From contig NW_026262667.1 in the NCBI RefSeq assembly GCF_021869535.1, forward strand, positions 5,704,001 to 5,768,000: DNA of 64,000 nucleotides, read 5' to 3'. The notes under the pieces are model-generated. The model was not told the DNA's origin, did not search any database, and saw only the letters and a list, made by a program, of their open reading frames with translations. Shown in pieces: positions 53,336 to 64,000 of this stretch. Made by a program: the position numbers and the translations under genes. The stretch's first letter is position 1. Every line of letters begins with the position of its first letter. The stretch is from Mytilus californianus. Taxonomy: Eukaryota.

Positions 53336-54233
53336 TGAAGACGTTTACCCTGATTGATTTGTATCTTTTTAATTGATTTATGAGATTTAAACATAGGTAA
53401 ACTTGTGTCGCCTCTAATTCACTTGTCATAAGTATCACGACGGCTGTTACTAGTCGAGTAGAAATAACTTAATCTTAGTGAGCACTATAAACAGCTCTGG
53501 TTTCCGGTTGGGTTCCTAATACTCAGTCTTAAGTCAGTTAAGAATGATATTTGTCGGTCAGTTATTCTTCTATTAAAGAATAAACTCTCGTTTTCTTTGT
53601 ACATTTTGATTGCCTTTTCATCTTAGTTTTTTTCATATTGCTATCAAAGTAGATCTTTTTTAAATTAATTTCCCTCAATTTTGCCATTCGGTCAGATCAC
53701 TTGATTTATGTAATGCTGTCAACTCATGATCGCTTTTGAAAATTGAGATACGGATTTTAAATCTCGATTGTAGTTCATGTCGCCCAAGAATTCGGTGTAA
53801 AGGTTTGTTGGCTATATTTAGTCTTTTTGTCTTTTCTACCATTTTGCTATTCTAGTTGCTTGTGTATTAATAATGTCTTTGAACATGTACAATCCTAGAG
53901 ACAAACAGGAAGACGAAAAAAAAAACATTTGTTCCGACATGTATGGATTTAAAGTGTCCTAATGGGGATATTACGTCAAATTATTTGATGTATCCAAACC
54001 ACTAAAATAATCGAAACTATTGGCGGATTATGTTTCTGATTCACTGGATTAAGAATCATTTTTAATTTTAAAGAAAAAAAAAAAAATAGGATTTTAAAAT
54101 ACTTCATCTTTTGTTTCGTAAAGTAACTTATTTAAGACAGAACTGATTATAATATTACATTACATGAATGTTTCACAAGGAACCATAATTTTGATTGGCA
54201 GACCACAATCGCGAGGCATTCCAAAATTTGGTT

Positions 54234-54597
54234 TAAGAATTGAATGCTTCTTTTTGTAACTTCATTGGGGTGTAAAAGCGTTGACCGAAGTACATTTTGT
54301 ATGAAGCGCGGAAGCGCTTCATTCTAAAAATGTGCGCACGGTCAACGCTTTTACAACACTATGAAGTTACAAAAAGAAGCACTCAATACTTATAATTACA
54401 TTTTTTAGCTAGGATCATGAAAACACGATTTTTATCAAGTTTTTAATTAATTTACCTGTGCACTTTATTGTGGGACCTCGTGTCATCATGAATGATAAAT
54501 TTCATTGTGTAATGAAGTTGATTAAGGAATAACGTGAGATTGCAGTTAGCCAATCAGAATAACGTATTATAAAGAAACAAACATCTAATGTAATTAT
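54234..54597. mobile_element. Palindromic non-autonomous DNA element (Crypton-like)
   Basis: ~150-bp foldback centred on atgaagcgc-gga-agcgcttcat (54301-54321); absent from the homologous part of V2 and V3. Confidence 0.65.
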
Positions 54598-54679
54598 TTG
54601 AAAATGAATAGCAAAAGTACTGTTAGAGCACTAGTTTAAACCTTACAACATTAAAAATGAAATTAAAATACTTAATTGA

Positions 54680-54780
54680 AGACCGAACGGTGACCTATAG
54701 TTGTTGACTTCTACGTCATTTGGTATCTAGTGGAGGAGAATTGTCTCATTTGCAATCATACCACATCTTCTTAATTTTAT
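54680..54780 (+). mobile_element. PLE 3' terminal fragment
   Basis: ttgtctcatttgcaatcataccacatcttctt terminus. Confidence 0.75.
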
Positions 54781-56770
54781 ATTTTCTTATTTTTGTTCAA
54801 ATTTTGTAATTAATGTATTCATATTAAAGTTGCTATGTAGTAGATAGCGCAATGTATTCTTTAAACATTTTCATTGTATGATTTCTGATATTCATGTGCT
54901 ATCAATGATAAATCTCTATTTAGTCACTTAATTCCAAAGTCTTTATAGGTCTTGCAAAATGGTTTATTTTTGTAAAAAATGTAAGTATAGAAAAGTGAAT
55001 TGAACATTAAAAAAATAGAGTACGCTTTACGTTTATTATCAAGCATTATCGACCAACACTTGAATATTTGTCAATAATCAACAACAGGTAGTTCATAGTT
55101 TTGTGATGATTCATGAAGAGAGTACATCCAGACTAATTATCACTAAGGAACTTGATACAAAAATCTAAAAACTAATACATTTTACTGTATTCAACGTAAG
55201 ATAGTTTTAAGTTTAGCTGTTCAATATGTATGAGTAATTTCAAAAATATACCCGGTCCCTAACCGGTGAAGAGAAAATGACATTTATATGTTTTGATAAT
55301 ACGTGTGGCAGACATCAGATTCGACCAAATATCCAGACAATTCGTGTAATATAACTCGAATGGAATTTAATGAAAGTAACGTCGCTTTCTTCTCTTACCT
55401 GTAATAAACAACTTCTATGTATGTGGATATATATAGGAAAAACAATAAATAATTTCAAAACACCTTATTTTCTACATCTGCATTCTTCTGATGAATATTC
55501 GATGTTAGCAAGATTTACCTGTATGTTGTAATTTACTTCTATCATTTCATTTATATAAAAAATGTCAATAAATCCCCCATAGAAGATTTACAAGTAGTCA
55601 AATGATGAATCAAAAATGTAATTTGAATACAAAAGGTACAATAAGTATTTTTCTACGAAATGGGTTATACTTTGAATTACATTGATCATAAATATGAGAA
55701 ACTGTATTTAAGACATTAAAATTTCCCTTTCTTTTGATAATACAGTAACACGTCTGATAAAACACACATACAAATTAGTTAAGTACATTCTCGACCTTAT
55801 CAATGACTAAATGCAGTTGAATATTATCTACGATTTTACTTGATTATGAATAAACTTTATCAAAATCGCCTATCCTTATTCTTGAAATTAACGTTTTGAA
55901 AGAATATTTTATAATCAAAAGAACCGTGAAGTTCATTTACGATACGATGGTACATAACATAAAAAATAAAGACTGTCGCTTCAATCTTTTATTATATTTT
56001 ACATAGCACAATTGGTTTTTTTTCCATCACAATATAAATTTCCATGTGCACAGAACTTGCCTCTGGAATAACTTAATCAAGTACACTCAACTCAAAATTA
56101 AAGGAAAAAATTAAATAAACGTTTTGAAATCACAAAAAAGTAAACGGACTAAAACAGAACAGCGAAAAATGTTTAAGGTCAACCTTGAAAGAGGAAGTTA
56201 CAATCATTGTTCGAGTGCAGTCATATACTACTGACAATTTACAGTTAAAATGCAGCATTTTAATTATTCCAGAGCCGAATCACTTACCACTGGGAGGATG
56301 GTATCCTCGGGGACTGATAGTATACCAGTAGTGGTTCTGACACACTGGTAGTAACCTACAAGTGCGATACAGATTTCCGATCGCCAGACACTTGTTTCTG
56401 AAAAAACCTTAATTTAAAAAAATAGTATAAATATTTCGGTTTATTTTAATAATTTGCATTATCATTAAGTATCAGAAAAGTAGTCGTGCAAAGTTTAACA
56501 CTTCAGGTTACAACAATTTCATCAACAATTTCCATTCATGGTCATGAATAACTTACAGTAATTACAATAAACAGATCGATATTCAAATTTTTAAACGCCA
56601 ATCAAAAGAAGATAAAGCAGCAAATGGGGATATACCTATCGTAAGTCACATGATCATTTTTTTCCGGTTATCACTCCTGTTATTTCGTAGTAGGCTGTCT
56701 TCCAAGGTCAGTTTTCCCAGTGTTCTATTTATAAAACAGAGGTTTTCACCTGTTTACGTAGCTGACATAC

Positions 56771-56802
56771 TATATAAGAGAAGACTCGTACAACAATCAT
56801 TC
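56771..56802 (+). promoter_or_regulatory. Core promoter: TATA box plus initiator
   Basis: TATATAA at 56771 and TCATTC (TCAKTY Inr) at 56797-56802; the Inr A is 28 nt after the TATA start and 44 nt before the ATG. Confidence 0.55.
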
Positions 56803-56842
56803 AATGAATTAAACTTTGTTAAAACACATACAAAAATATAAA

Positions 56843-56927
56843 ATGCTTTACTTAAACAACAACCGTGTCAATGTGAGTTTGGAAGGAGGTGTGATGACTG
56901 TTGCAAGCGAAGAAAATAATTTACTTG
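56843..56927 (+). CDS. CERK: CERK-like exon 1 (MLYLNNNRVNVSLEGGVMTVASEENNLL)
   Basis: ATG with an in-frame upstream stop (56810-56812) and no intervening AG; donor G|gtacga is phase 1, matching exon 2. Confidence 0.7.
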
Positions 56928-59900
56928 GTACGAAACAAACTTTCACAATTATTGATATTACTTTAACGAAGTAATGCGCAAGTGTATGTTCTTTTAATAG
57001 CTTTTATATTGTGCACTGTTGCACGAATGGTATCTATTTAAGTTACTTCTTTTTCTGAATTTCAAGAGAAACTGCATACTATATTACGGGTATTTATCCT
57101 CAACTATGTTTTTGCATCTTTCCTTCTATTGAAGAACAGCTGAAAATAACAACTTATTTTCTTTTATTTACAGCGTCTATAGAGGTACGTTATCTGCTAA
57201 AGGCTGTGTTGGAACGTACAAATCTAACTGTACATTATGTGATAAAGAAGAAAAATATGAACCTTAAAGTGAAAACGTTGGTCCTTCATGGAGATGAAGA
57301 GGATGCACAAATTTTGCACAGGGATATCGAATACACATTAAAAGGTATTTATTTTAACTATGGTTTCTTTCAAATCAAAATATAATATTTTTTGTATTAT
57401 ATTGTATTCCATTTAGTTGTACATTACATTTGTAAAATGTGTTTCTAATGTAGATATTAACTGTTTTAGATATTTAATTGATCTTTACTGACAAAAGAAA
57501 TATCATTTCATAAGTGATATGCATGGATTCTACAGATTATAAATAAATATGACAATAGACAATCGCTGATATTTAAGCATTTCGTATGAACTCATACTGG
57601 ATTATTCAAATGTTTTATCATTTCATTCTTCCATTTAAGATCGTCCAAGGCGGCTTCTGGTAATCGTCAACCCAAATAGTGGCAAGAAGAAAGGTTTAAA
57701 AATATACCAAAAAATTGCAGCTCCTTTATTTCAACTCTGTGACGTGAAAGCTGATGTCATTGGTAAGTTATTTTATTTGGAAACATTTTTGTTTTACTTG
57801 TAAATTATGTTTTCATATTCTTTGTTTGATTATTGAACTTATTTTCAATTAATTGAATTATATTCTCACTCCGAAAGTGGGTATAGTGGTTCAAAATTTT
57901 GGTTGCATTTTTCTTAAGAACTACACATCAAGACTTTCTAAAATTTTGAATCAAGCTTTATGTTAGCATGTTATACTGTGTCTCGTTTACTGAATACTTA
58001 TAGATAAACTCATCATAGATACCAGGATCAAAATTTTAAAAGCAGGGTGCATTATAGAGCAAAATCTCACAGTTCAATTTCTTTCCTTTGTTCCAAAAAA
58101 GCATATATTTTACTTTATATCTTGCTGTATAATTTATAAAAATTTATGTTCAGTAAAACAAAAACAAGGATCGTACAGGTTAAGTGTAGAATCGACTAAC
58201 ATTGTTTTACAAGGAGTGCGGGTGAAAAACAATCAATTACTACTACAGTGTTTATTTATTTTTTATTGCAGTAACTAGAAAACAAAAAGAGCCTACGGAT
58301 ATCCTGAAGAACTACAACCTTTCGAATATTGACGGGTAGGTTAAGTACTTTTAACATCTCATTGATAAAAGCTAATGATTATATACGACAATAAAATTTT
58401 CTATCGATTCAAAATAAAATTTTGGATTAAAACAAATAATATAAAAACTTGTAAACACCATTAAAATAAAATAAAAAAAAAACGTAATCCAATGTAAAAG
58501 AAAACCCAGATAGTCATTTAATTATTTTTTTTATTAAATATTGTTTCACAGCCTTTACTCAGCGATGCATTAATAATATATGTGTAACACAACTTTTCAT
58601 TGTTGCTTGTGGTAAATGAACTTGTAATTTATTTTTACGTCATTTTTAATTATAGTATAGTAACAGTAGGTGGTGATGGTTTATACTGTGAGTGTATGAA
58701 TGGACTAATTGCACGTGTTCAACGGGACAACAATGTGAAAGTAAATTGTCACAATACTGATATTGTGTCAGCATCACTTCCAATTGGCATCATTCCAGCA
58801 GGCTCCGGTAACGTGATTGTTCAATATCTTCATGGGACTAAATGTCCAAGCACTGCTGTTTTGCATATCTTACTTGGTGGCAACGTCGAGTCAAACGTTT
58901 GTAGTGTTCATGAAGGAGGCAAACTTTTGTCATATTCGGCACTGATTCTTGGATTTGGACTATTTGGAGATATGATGCATGACTGTGAGAAGTTTCGGTG
59001 GATGGGACCGTTAAGATACAATGGTATGTACAATATGTCGAGAATTAAAATACTGATTTATTCAGTTGAGAAATATTTGACAACAGAAAAAGCTCCTATC
59101 TTAAAGTTCAATTAAAAAATAGTCATTTTTTGCAAGCGTTTAAGAGAAAGGTTAAGCAAAATTGAAAGCCAAAAATGTGATACACACATTGGTATTTCGT
59201 ATATCATAATATCAAAAAGCTACTAAAATTTCACAAATAAAAATATGTTTTTTAATACCAACTCTCGTTATCAATGATTTTTATATGTGTTTAGTTTACC
59301 GGTTGAAAAACTTGTACAATATATATATTTTTTTAAACAGTTGTCCCTGTGGCTTCAATGTTAAAGAGGAGAGAAATTGATGTTGAGATAGAATATTATT
59401 CAGCTAACAAGGATAAAGCGACAAAAAGAATTAGAGGATTTGGAAAACAAATATCCCTTCCAAATGGCTTCATGATACCTTCATGTAAATCAAAAATACA
59501 ACGAACTAAATCCACACCAGGTGTACTCGACAGTTCAGATGTCCAAGGTATGTCTATGAAACTATAGTACTTATTATATGATTGATTATTTAAAACAAAT
59601 AATTTCTGAATATCAAACTAAAGTTAAATTTAAAACATTGTCAATCACTTTCTACAGGGTTTTCTTAATATTGCTCTTAAAACAATAATTCCTTGAAAAT
59701 CATAAATTTTATTTAAAACACTTCACGTTAAACTTTTTAAGTTTAATCTAAATACATGTAATTTCAAATTATTTATTAAATACTTGATTGCTTTACAGAA
59801 TGTGAAAAAGAGGAAGGACGTGTGTATGCAGTAGATACACATGCCGTTATGATGAAAGAAAAATCAGGAAGAATGACTCCACGTTTCGGACAGGATTCAC

Positions 59901-60740
59901 TTATGGTGTACACCACCCATAAATGCACATTGTCAGACCATGTGTCACAGCTAACTAAAGTGAAAAACGAACAACCCGATTGTGTAAGTACTTAAATAAT
60001 TTTGTCAATTTTAACACTTTTCACAATTAATTTATATTTTTGAAGAATTGAACGATGAAGACATTATGAATTACATTTCATAGTTGATCAAAAGAAGTAT
60101 AACTGCCTAAAATAACTATCAAGTTAGAGGCAGAACTCTTAATATGTTCAATCTAAAACAAAAATCAATTAACTAGTGGTTGTTGATATGATTTAAAGAA
60201 ATGGTGGACGATACCATAGTGGGAATCAATATTCATAAGTCAAAAAGAGGCCGACAAATCATGGCTAAAAATAAACAACAAGATAACACGGGTTAGAAAA
60301 AAAAAACACACAACAATCTACAAAACACTATGTAAAAGGATACATTTTGCCTTCAAACTTCCAGTGCATGAATTTTGGTTGACATTAAACGTGCAAAGTA
60401 TGTTTTTTCAACATCGTTTTATATTTTTGGCTTTCAGAATAAAACAAAGTTTTCATATATATCATAATTTGTCAGTAATAATGGTAAATATATCGAGTTG
60501 AAAAATGATTAATTAATTTACTTTTAATTTTTTCAGTATGATTACAAATTTGTAAGCAAGCACGAAGTTTCTAGTTATAAAGTCCGATTGCTGAATGCTA
60601 CAGTTTCTGAAAATAAGAAAACACTCCAAAAAGATTTCTACCTGAACTGTGATGGTGAAGTCATTCGATTGACAGAACCTGAGTTTGATGTAAAGCTACA
60701 CAAAAAAGCAGTAAGAATCTTTGGGGATGCTTCCGGATGA
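56843..60740 (+). CDS. CERK: Ceramide kinase-like lipid kinase (DAGK catalytic family) with N-terminal PH-like region; 8 coding exons, 1407 nt, 468 aa
   Basis: join(56843-56927,57174-57344,57640-57762,58272-58335,58656-59023,59341-59547,59799-59983,60537-60740). All introns are GT-AG and phases match (1,1,1,2,1,1,0). Motifs: RPRRLLVIVNPNSGKKKG, TVGGDG, GIIPAGSGN, GFGLFGD, EKFRWMGPLRY, LNCDGE. Family is clear; orthology to CERK itself is not established. Confidence 0.9.
57174..57344 (+). CDS. CERK: CERK-like exon 2 (SIEVRYLLKAV...AQILHRDIEYTLK), PH-like
   Basis: Pyrimidine tract + tacag acceptor; open frame; AAG|gtattt donor. Confidence 0.8.
57640..57762 (+). CDS. CERK: CERK-like exon 3 (DRPRRLLVIVNPNSGKKKG...)
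   Basis: DAGK C1 motif NPxSG; tttaag acceptor, G|gtaagt donor. Confidence 0.92.
58272..58335 (+). CDS. CERK: CERK-like exon 4 (VTRKQKEPTDILKNYNLSNIDG)
   Basis: ttgcag acceptor, GG|gtaggt donor; bridges phase 1 to phase 2. Confidence 0.88.
58656..59023 (+). CDS. CERK: CERK-like exon 5 (IVTVGGDG...GIIPAGSGN...RWMGPLRYN)
   Basis: Core catalytic motifs; lies within provided ORF 58600-59115; G|gtatgt donor. Confidence 0.95.
59341..59547 (+). CDS. CERK: CERK-like exon 6 (VVPVASMLKRREIDVEIEY...)
   Basis: ttttaaacag acceptor, AG|gtatgt donor; overlaps ORF 59349-59567. Confidence 0.88.
59799..59983 (+). CDS. CERK: CERK-like exon 7 (ECEKEEGRVYAVDTHAV...EQPDC)
   Basis: tttacag acceptor, T|gtaagt donor, open frame, phase 1 to 0. 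Confidence 0.85.
60537..60740 (+). CDS. CERK: CERK-like exon 8 (YDYKFV...LNCDGE...VRIFGDASG-TGA)
   Basis: tttttcag acceptor; C-terminal NCDGE motif; TGA at 60738-60740. Confidence 0.9.
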   Translation, partial: YDYKFVSKHEVSSYKVRLLNATVSENKKTLQKDFYLNCDGEVIRLTEPEFDVKLHKKAVRIFGDASG

Positions 60741-61173
60741 ACATCAGTAGAACATTCAGTGAACAAATGCCACCAAAGCATTATGAAATCTGTAAAGATT
60801 CAGCTGTGTACCTTCAGAAGAGACAGTGTGCGAAAGCCTCGAAGGAAATGTGTATGTCAATATAGCGCTTTTCTGTAGAGAAAATACAGAATCGAGAGGA
60901 GATCAACTGAAGAACACTATGAGAGTATTGATGTGCATGATAAACTATGTACAACTATACGCTGATATCGATAGCTATAAAACGGACAAGAAGCGTGAAC
61001 AAATATCGATACATGATAATGATGAAAACATATGACCAGGTGGCCATACTCTAACTGTAACTGCTATGCAGCTTGGTCTAGTTTATAAATAAGAAATGTT
61101 ATTGGTTTACTAGTTACAACTATGTTTTGCAATTTGTTCTACATATATCTACTATTTAGCTTGTAGAATCTTT

Positions 61174-61265
61174 AATAAATATCAGAATTTTGTTTTTGTT
61201 TTCTTTATATATTATATATTATCAGACTATAACAAATAAGATGAACAATCATTGCTTGTAATAAA
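61174..61265 (+). terminator. Candidate polyadenylation signals of the CERK-like gene
   Basis: AATAAA at 61174-61179 and 61260-61265, followed by a GT-rich tract ~61330-61430; another AATAAA at 62350-62355. Confidence 0.45.
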
Positions 61266-61540
61266 AACTGTCTGAACTATTGCAAAATCGAAGATAAAAA
61301 AATATATACATATGAACAATTTGGTGGTATTTATGTTGTTAAGTTTTCTGTGTAGTGTTCTGTGGATTGTTGTTAGTTTTTCTCTCGTTTTTGGTTCTCA
61401 CGGTGTTGTCTGCTTTAACATGGTGTCTGTGGTATTTAATAATGTTGTCTTATTGCAAATTGAACAGTAAAGAAAATCAAACCCGAATAGAACGAGCAGG
61501 CGATGATCACAACATTAAAAACACAGAAAACTGATTTAAC

Positions 61541-62350
61541 TAATCATGTTACAAACAAAAAATGTCAGTATTCACCTCAAAAGCTAACAAAACCTTTAAA
61601 CAGACTTATTAAGAAGGGATATAGTTACGATACTGTTGTCAGGTCATTAAAGATTGCATATTTTGGCTTTAATATTGATTCACTTATAGGGTCTTTGCAT
61701 CGAAATTAAACATATTAATACTAAAACCAGTTGTTGGCATGACACGGGTTATGTTCTTCTCATATATTTTATGATGGTATAATACTAAACCCCTAACAGG
61801 AGGGATTGTGCCTGATATTCATATGATGAAGACATAATCTTTCAATCAGTTTAATTGAGGTCTAGAGCTGGCAGGTCAGTAACTGCTAGTAGTCTGTTGT
61901 TATTTATGTATTATTGTCATTTTGTTTATTTTCTTTTGTTTCCTTTTCTGACATCGGACTCGGACTTCTCTTAAACTGAGTTTTACTGTGCGTACTGTTG
62001 TACGTTTGTTTTTTCTACATTGGCTAGATGTATAGGGGGAGGGTTGAGATCTCAAAAAACATGTTTAACCCCGCCGCATTTTTGCGCCTGTCCCAAGTCA
62101 GGAGCCTCTGGCCTTTGTTAGTCTTGTATCATTTTTAATTTTAGTTTCTTGTGTATAATTTGGAGTTTAGTATGACGTCAATTATCACTGAACTAGTATA
62201 CATATTTGTTTAGGGGCCAGCTGAAGGACGCCTCCGGGTGCGGGAGTTTCTCGCTGCATTGAAGACCCATTTGTAGCCTTCGGCTGTTGTCTGCTCTATG
62301 GTCGGGTTGTTGTCTCTTTGACACATTCCCCATTTCCATTCTCAATTTTA
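61541..62350 (+). mobile_element. 5'-truncated Naiad-type PLE with SECIS-bearing 3' UTR
   Basis: KCQYSPQKLTKPLNRLIKKGYSYDTVVRSLKIAYFGFNIDSL...-stop 61709, homologous to the C-terminus at 42815-42980; then a ~640-nt UTR. Confidence 0.85.
61756..61831 (+). promoter_or_regulatory. Type II SECIS element
   Basis: ATGA 61771-74; 12 nt; AAA 61787-89; helix II GGUAUAAU/AUUGUGCC (8 pairs, two G-U); CCC/GGG mini-helix; UGAU 61813-16; helix I CUUC-UCAUAU/AUAUGA-U-GAAG. Confidence 0.85.
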
Positions 62351-63899
62351 ATAAAATGTACACACGACGTTGTAAGTAGTTAATGAACATTTAGCTCCTT
62401 ACAAAAAATTAGCTGCCTGAACATTTTTGTTTCATAATAATTGTGACAATATGTGTTATTTAGGGTTTTAAAACAATTCAAAATATACAAACACTTCACT
62501 GTAGACTGATGAAAATGAAATGGTGTCAACAGACTGGGGTTAAGGTTGCACTCATAAACTGGGAGCTGGTTCACAAACCGTCTCGTTTGGAGAGATACTA
62601 TTTATTCATAAGATATTTCGTTATATTTACCTATTTGTTTTAAGATATTATCCCCGTGCTTCGTTTCATAGAGACACGACATGGAAATTTTACTAATGTA
62701 AATGTAATTGAATAGGAGTCAAAATGAATAATCAGGGGATAAAAGACAATGTAGGGTAACACACAATTTTAGTACAAAGTTCAACTGTAAGAAAATAAAG
62801 GCATATAAATGGTGAAAAATGCTACAAATCTTATTTTGACTTTTGCAAGAAATTTGTGCACGTGAACAACTCAATTCCACGATATGATTTTTCATGAATT
62901 TTCATAGAAAAGTGGTAAGGTTTTAGACTTAAAAGGAGTTTTTTGTTTTGTTTATACTTAAGTGCGACATATAATCCTGAAAAAAATGCATTATTTCAAA
63001 ACAAAGGGGTTAACGCGAACCTTTTCCTAAATCGTCATGCCATTTTGACACTTCAGGTTAAATAGATGCACACAACTTCAGATTCGTTAGTTTTCATACA
63101 ATTTGTATTTACCTTATACGGTCAAGTTAATGTACATTGATTTTTTCCATTGATATCTAAAAATATTGAAATTAAACAAAACATAACTTATAAAACTGGT
63201 GGACCGTGTATGGCGATGAAAGTGAGATTTACATTGAGGGCTAAATACTTCAAAATGCATCACCGATCATACGGTTCCAAAAACAAAACGAATAGCAAAG
63301 GTCACAGGCAGATACATGGCATACACCGGAGTTTAGTCGAATAGACGTCAATAGTCTTTCCGCGATTGTGACATCATCATAGGCGACTTGTAAGTAAACA
63401 GTATAGAACAAAAAAAGTGAATTTGATTTTCATTCCTGAAACCTTTGCAATTTCTTCGAGGTAGTAGTTATATATGATACAAGGGTACCATATAAATAGG
63501 ACGAACTATGTTCTCCTACCAAAAAAGAGAGAGAGTAAAAAAGATAAAATCTAAATGTTAATACGTTATTTTTGAAAAATATTTTCTTGCATTTCCACGG
63601 CAAAAGTTTCAATTTATATGAGGGGAGGCATGACGCCTACGGTGCCCTGTAAAGGACTGGTAGTGGCAGTTTAGAATATAATATATTAGTTGAGGGTTTT
63701 GATCTTAAGCGTTTTTAATGTATTAAACAATTAATGATATGAACGGAGCTAGGTAAAAATTCGTCTTATCATGACGATTAAGACTCTATATAAGGTGTAC
63801 GGGTAGGAATCATGATATCATCATAGGCGACTTGTCACAGTGTTTTACTTGCAATGAGTAAAATGAAGGAACAACCGAGTGCAACTTCTCCCTTTTTGG

Positions 63900-64000
63900 C
63901 TTGGGTTCGAGTTGCTAAATCTTTAGTTTTCTGTGTTTTGTTGTCTTTTTGTTGTTTTTCTTTTTTGCCGTGGTGTTGTCAGTTTTTTTTCGACTTTTTG
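63900..64000 (+). mobile_element. PLE 3' terminal fragment running off the window end
   Basis: gggttcgagttgctaaatctttagttttctg...gccgtggtgttgtcagttt. Confidence 0.7.

Larger units (their letters stand above)
45480..56200. repeat. Array of four diverged kb-scale non-coding units (V1-V4)
   Basis: Anchor tttccga/gttccga at 45728, 47581, 49946, 53934; cgtgtaatataa at 49003, 50979, 55343; colinear flanks. Confidence 0.75.

Noticed and set aside
58600-58655. N-terminal part of the provided 171-aa ORF
   Set aside because: Intronic; the exon starts at the AG acceptor (58656), and ORF sequence after 59023 is also intron

Overview
AT-rich, intron-containing eukaryotic DNA. The repeat families resemble those I recall from mytilid mussels, so the source is probably Mytilus or a relative (inference). 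There is one well-supported gene: an 8-exon ceramide-kinase-like lipid kinase on + (56843-60740, 468 aa, all splice phases consistent), with a TATA box and Inr upstream. The other ~56 kb is non-coding and full of mobile-element debris. It includes many fragments of Penelope-like retroelements with a C-terminal RT (Naiad-type), two of which carry textbook type II SECIS hairpins (42659-42725 on -, 61756-61831 on +). Also present are decayed type I hammerhead motifs, a tRNA-derived SINE with a 15-bp TSD, two palindromic elements whose ends look circularly permuted (Crypton-like), Helentron-like elements, MITEs, a ~42-bp minisatellite and two old arrays of kb-scale non-coding units (0.3-10.3 kb and 45.5-56.2 kb). 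The most intriguing observation is that the kinase ends in TGA, is followed by 45 more in-frame sense codons, and has a transposon-derived SECIS ~1 kb downstream on the same strand. Coordinates were counted by hand, and boundaries of decayed repeats are approximate.
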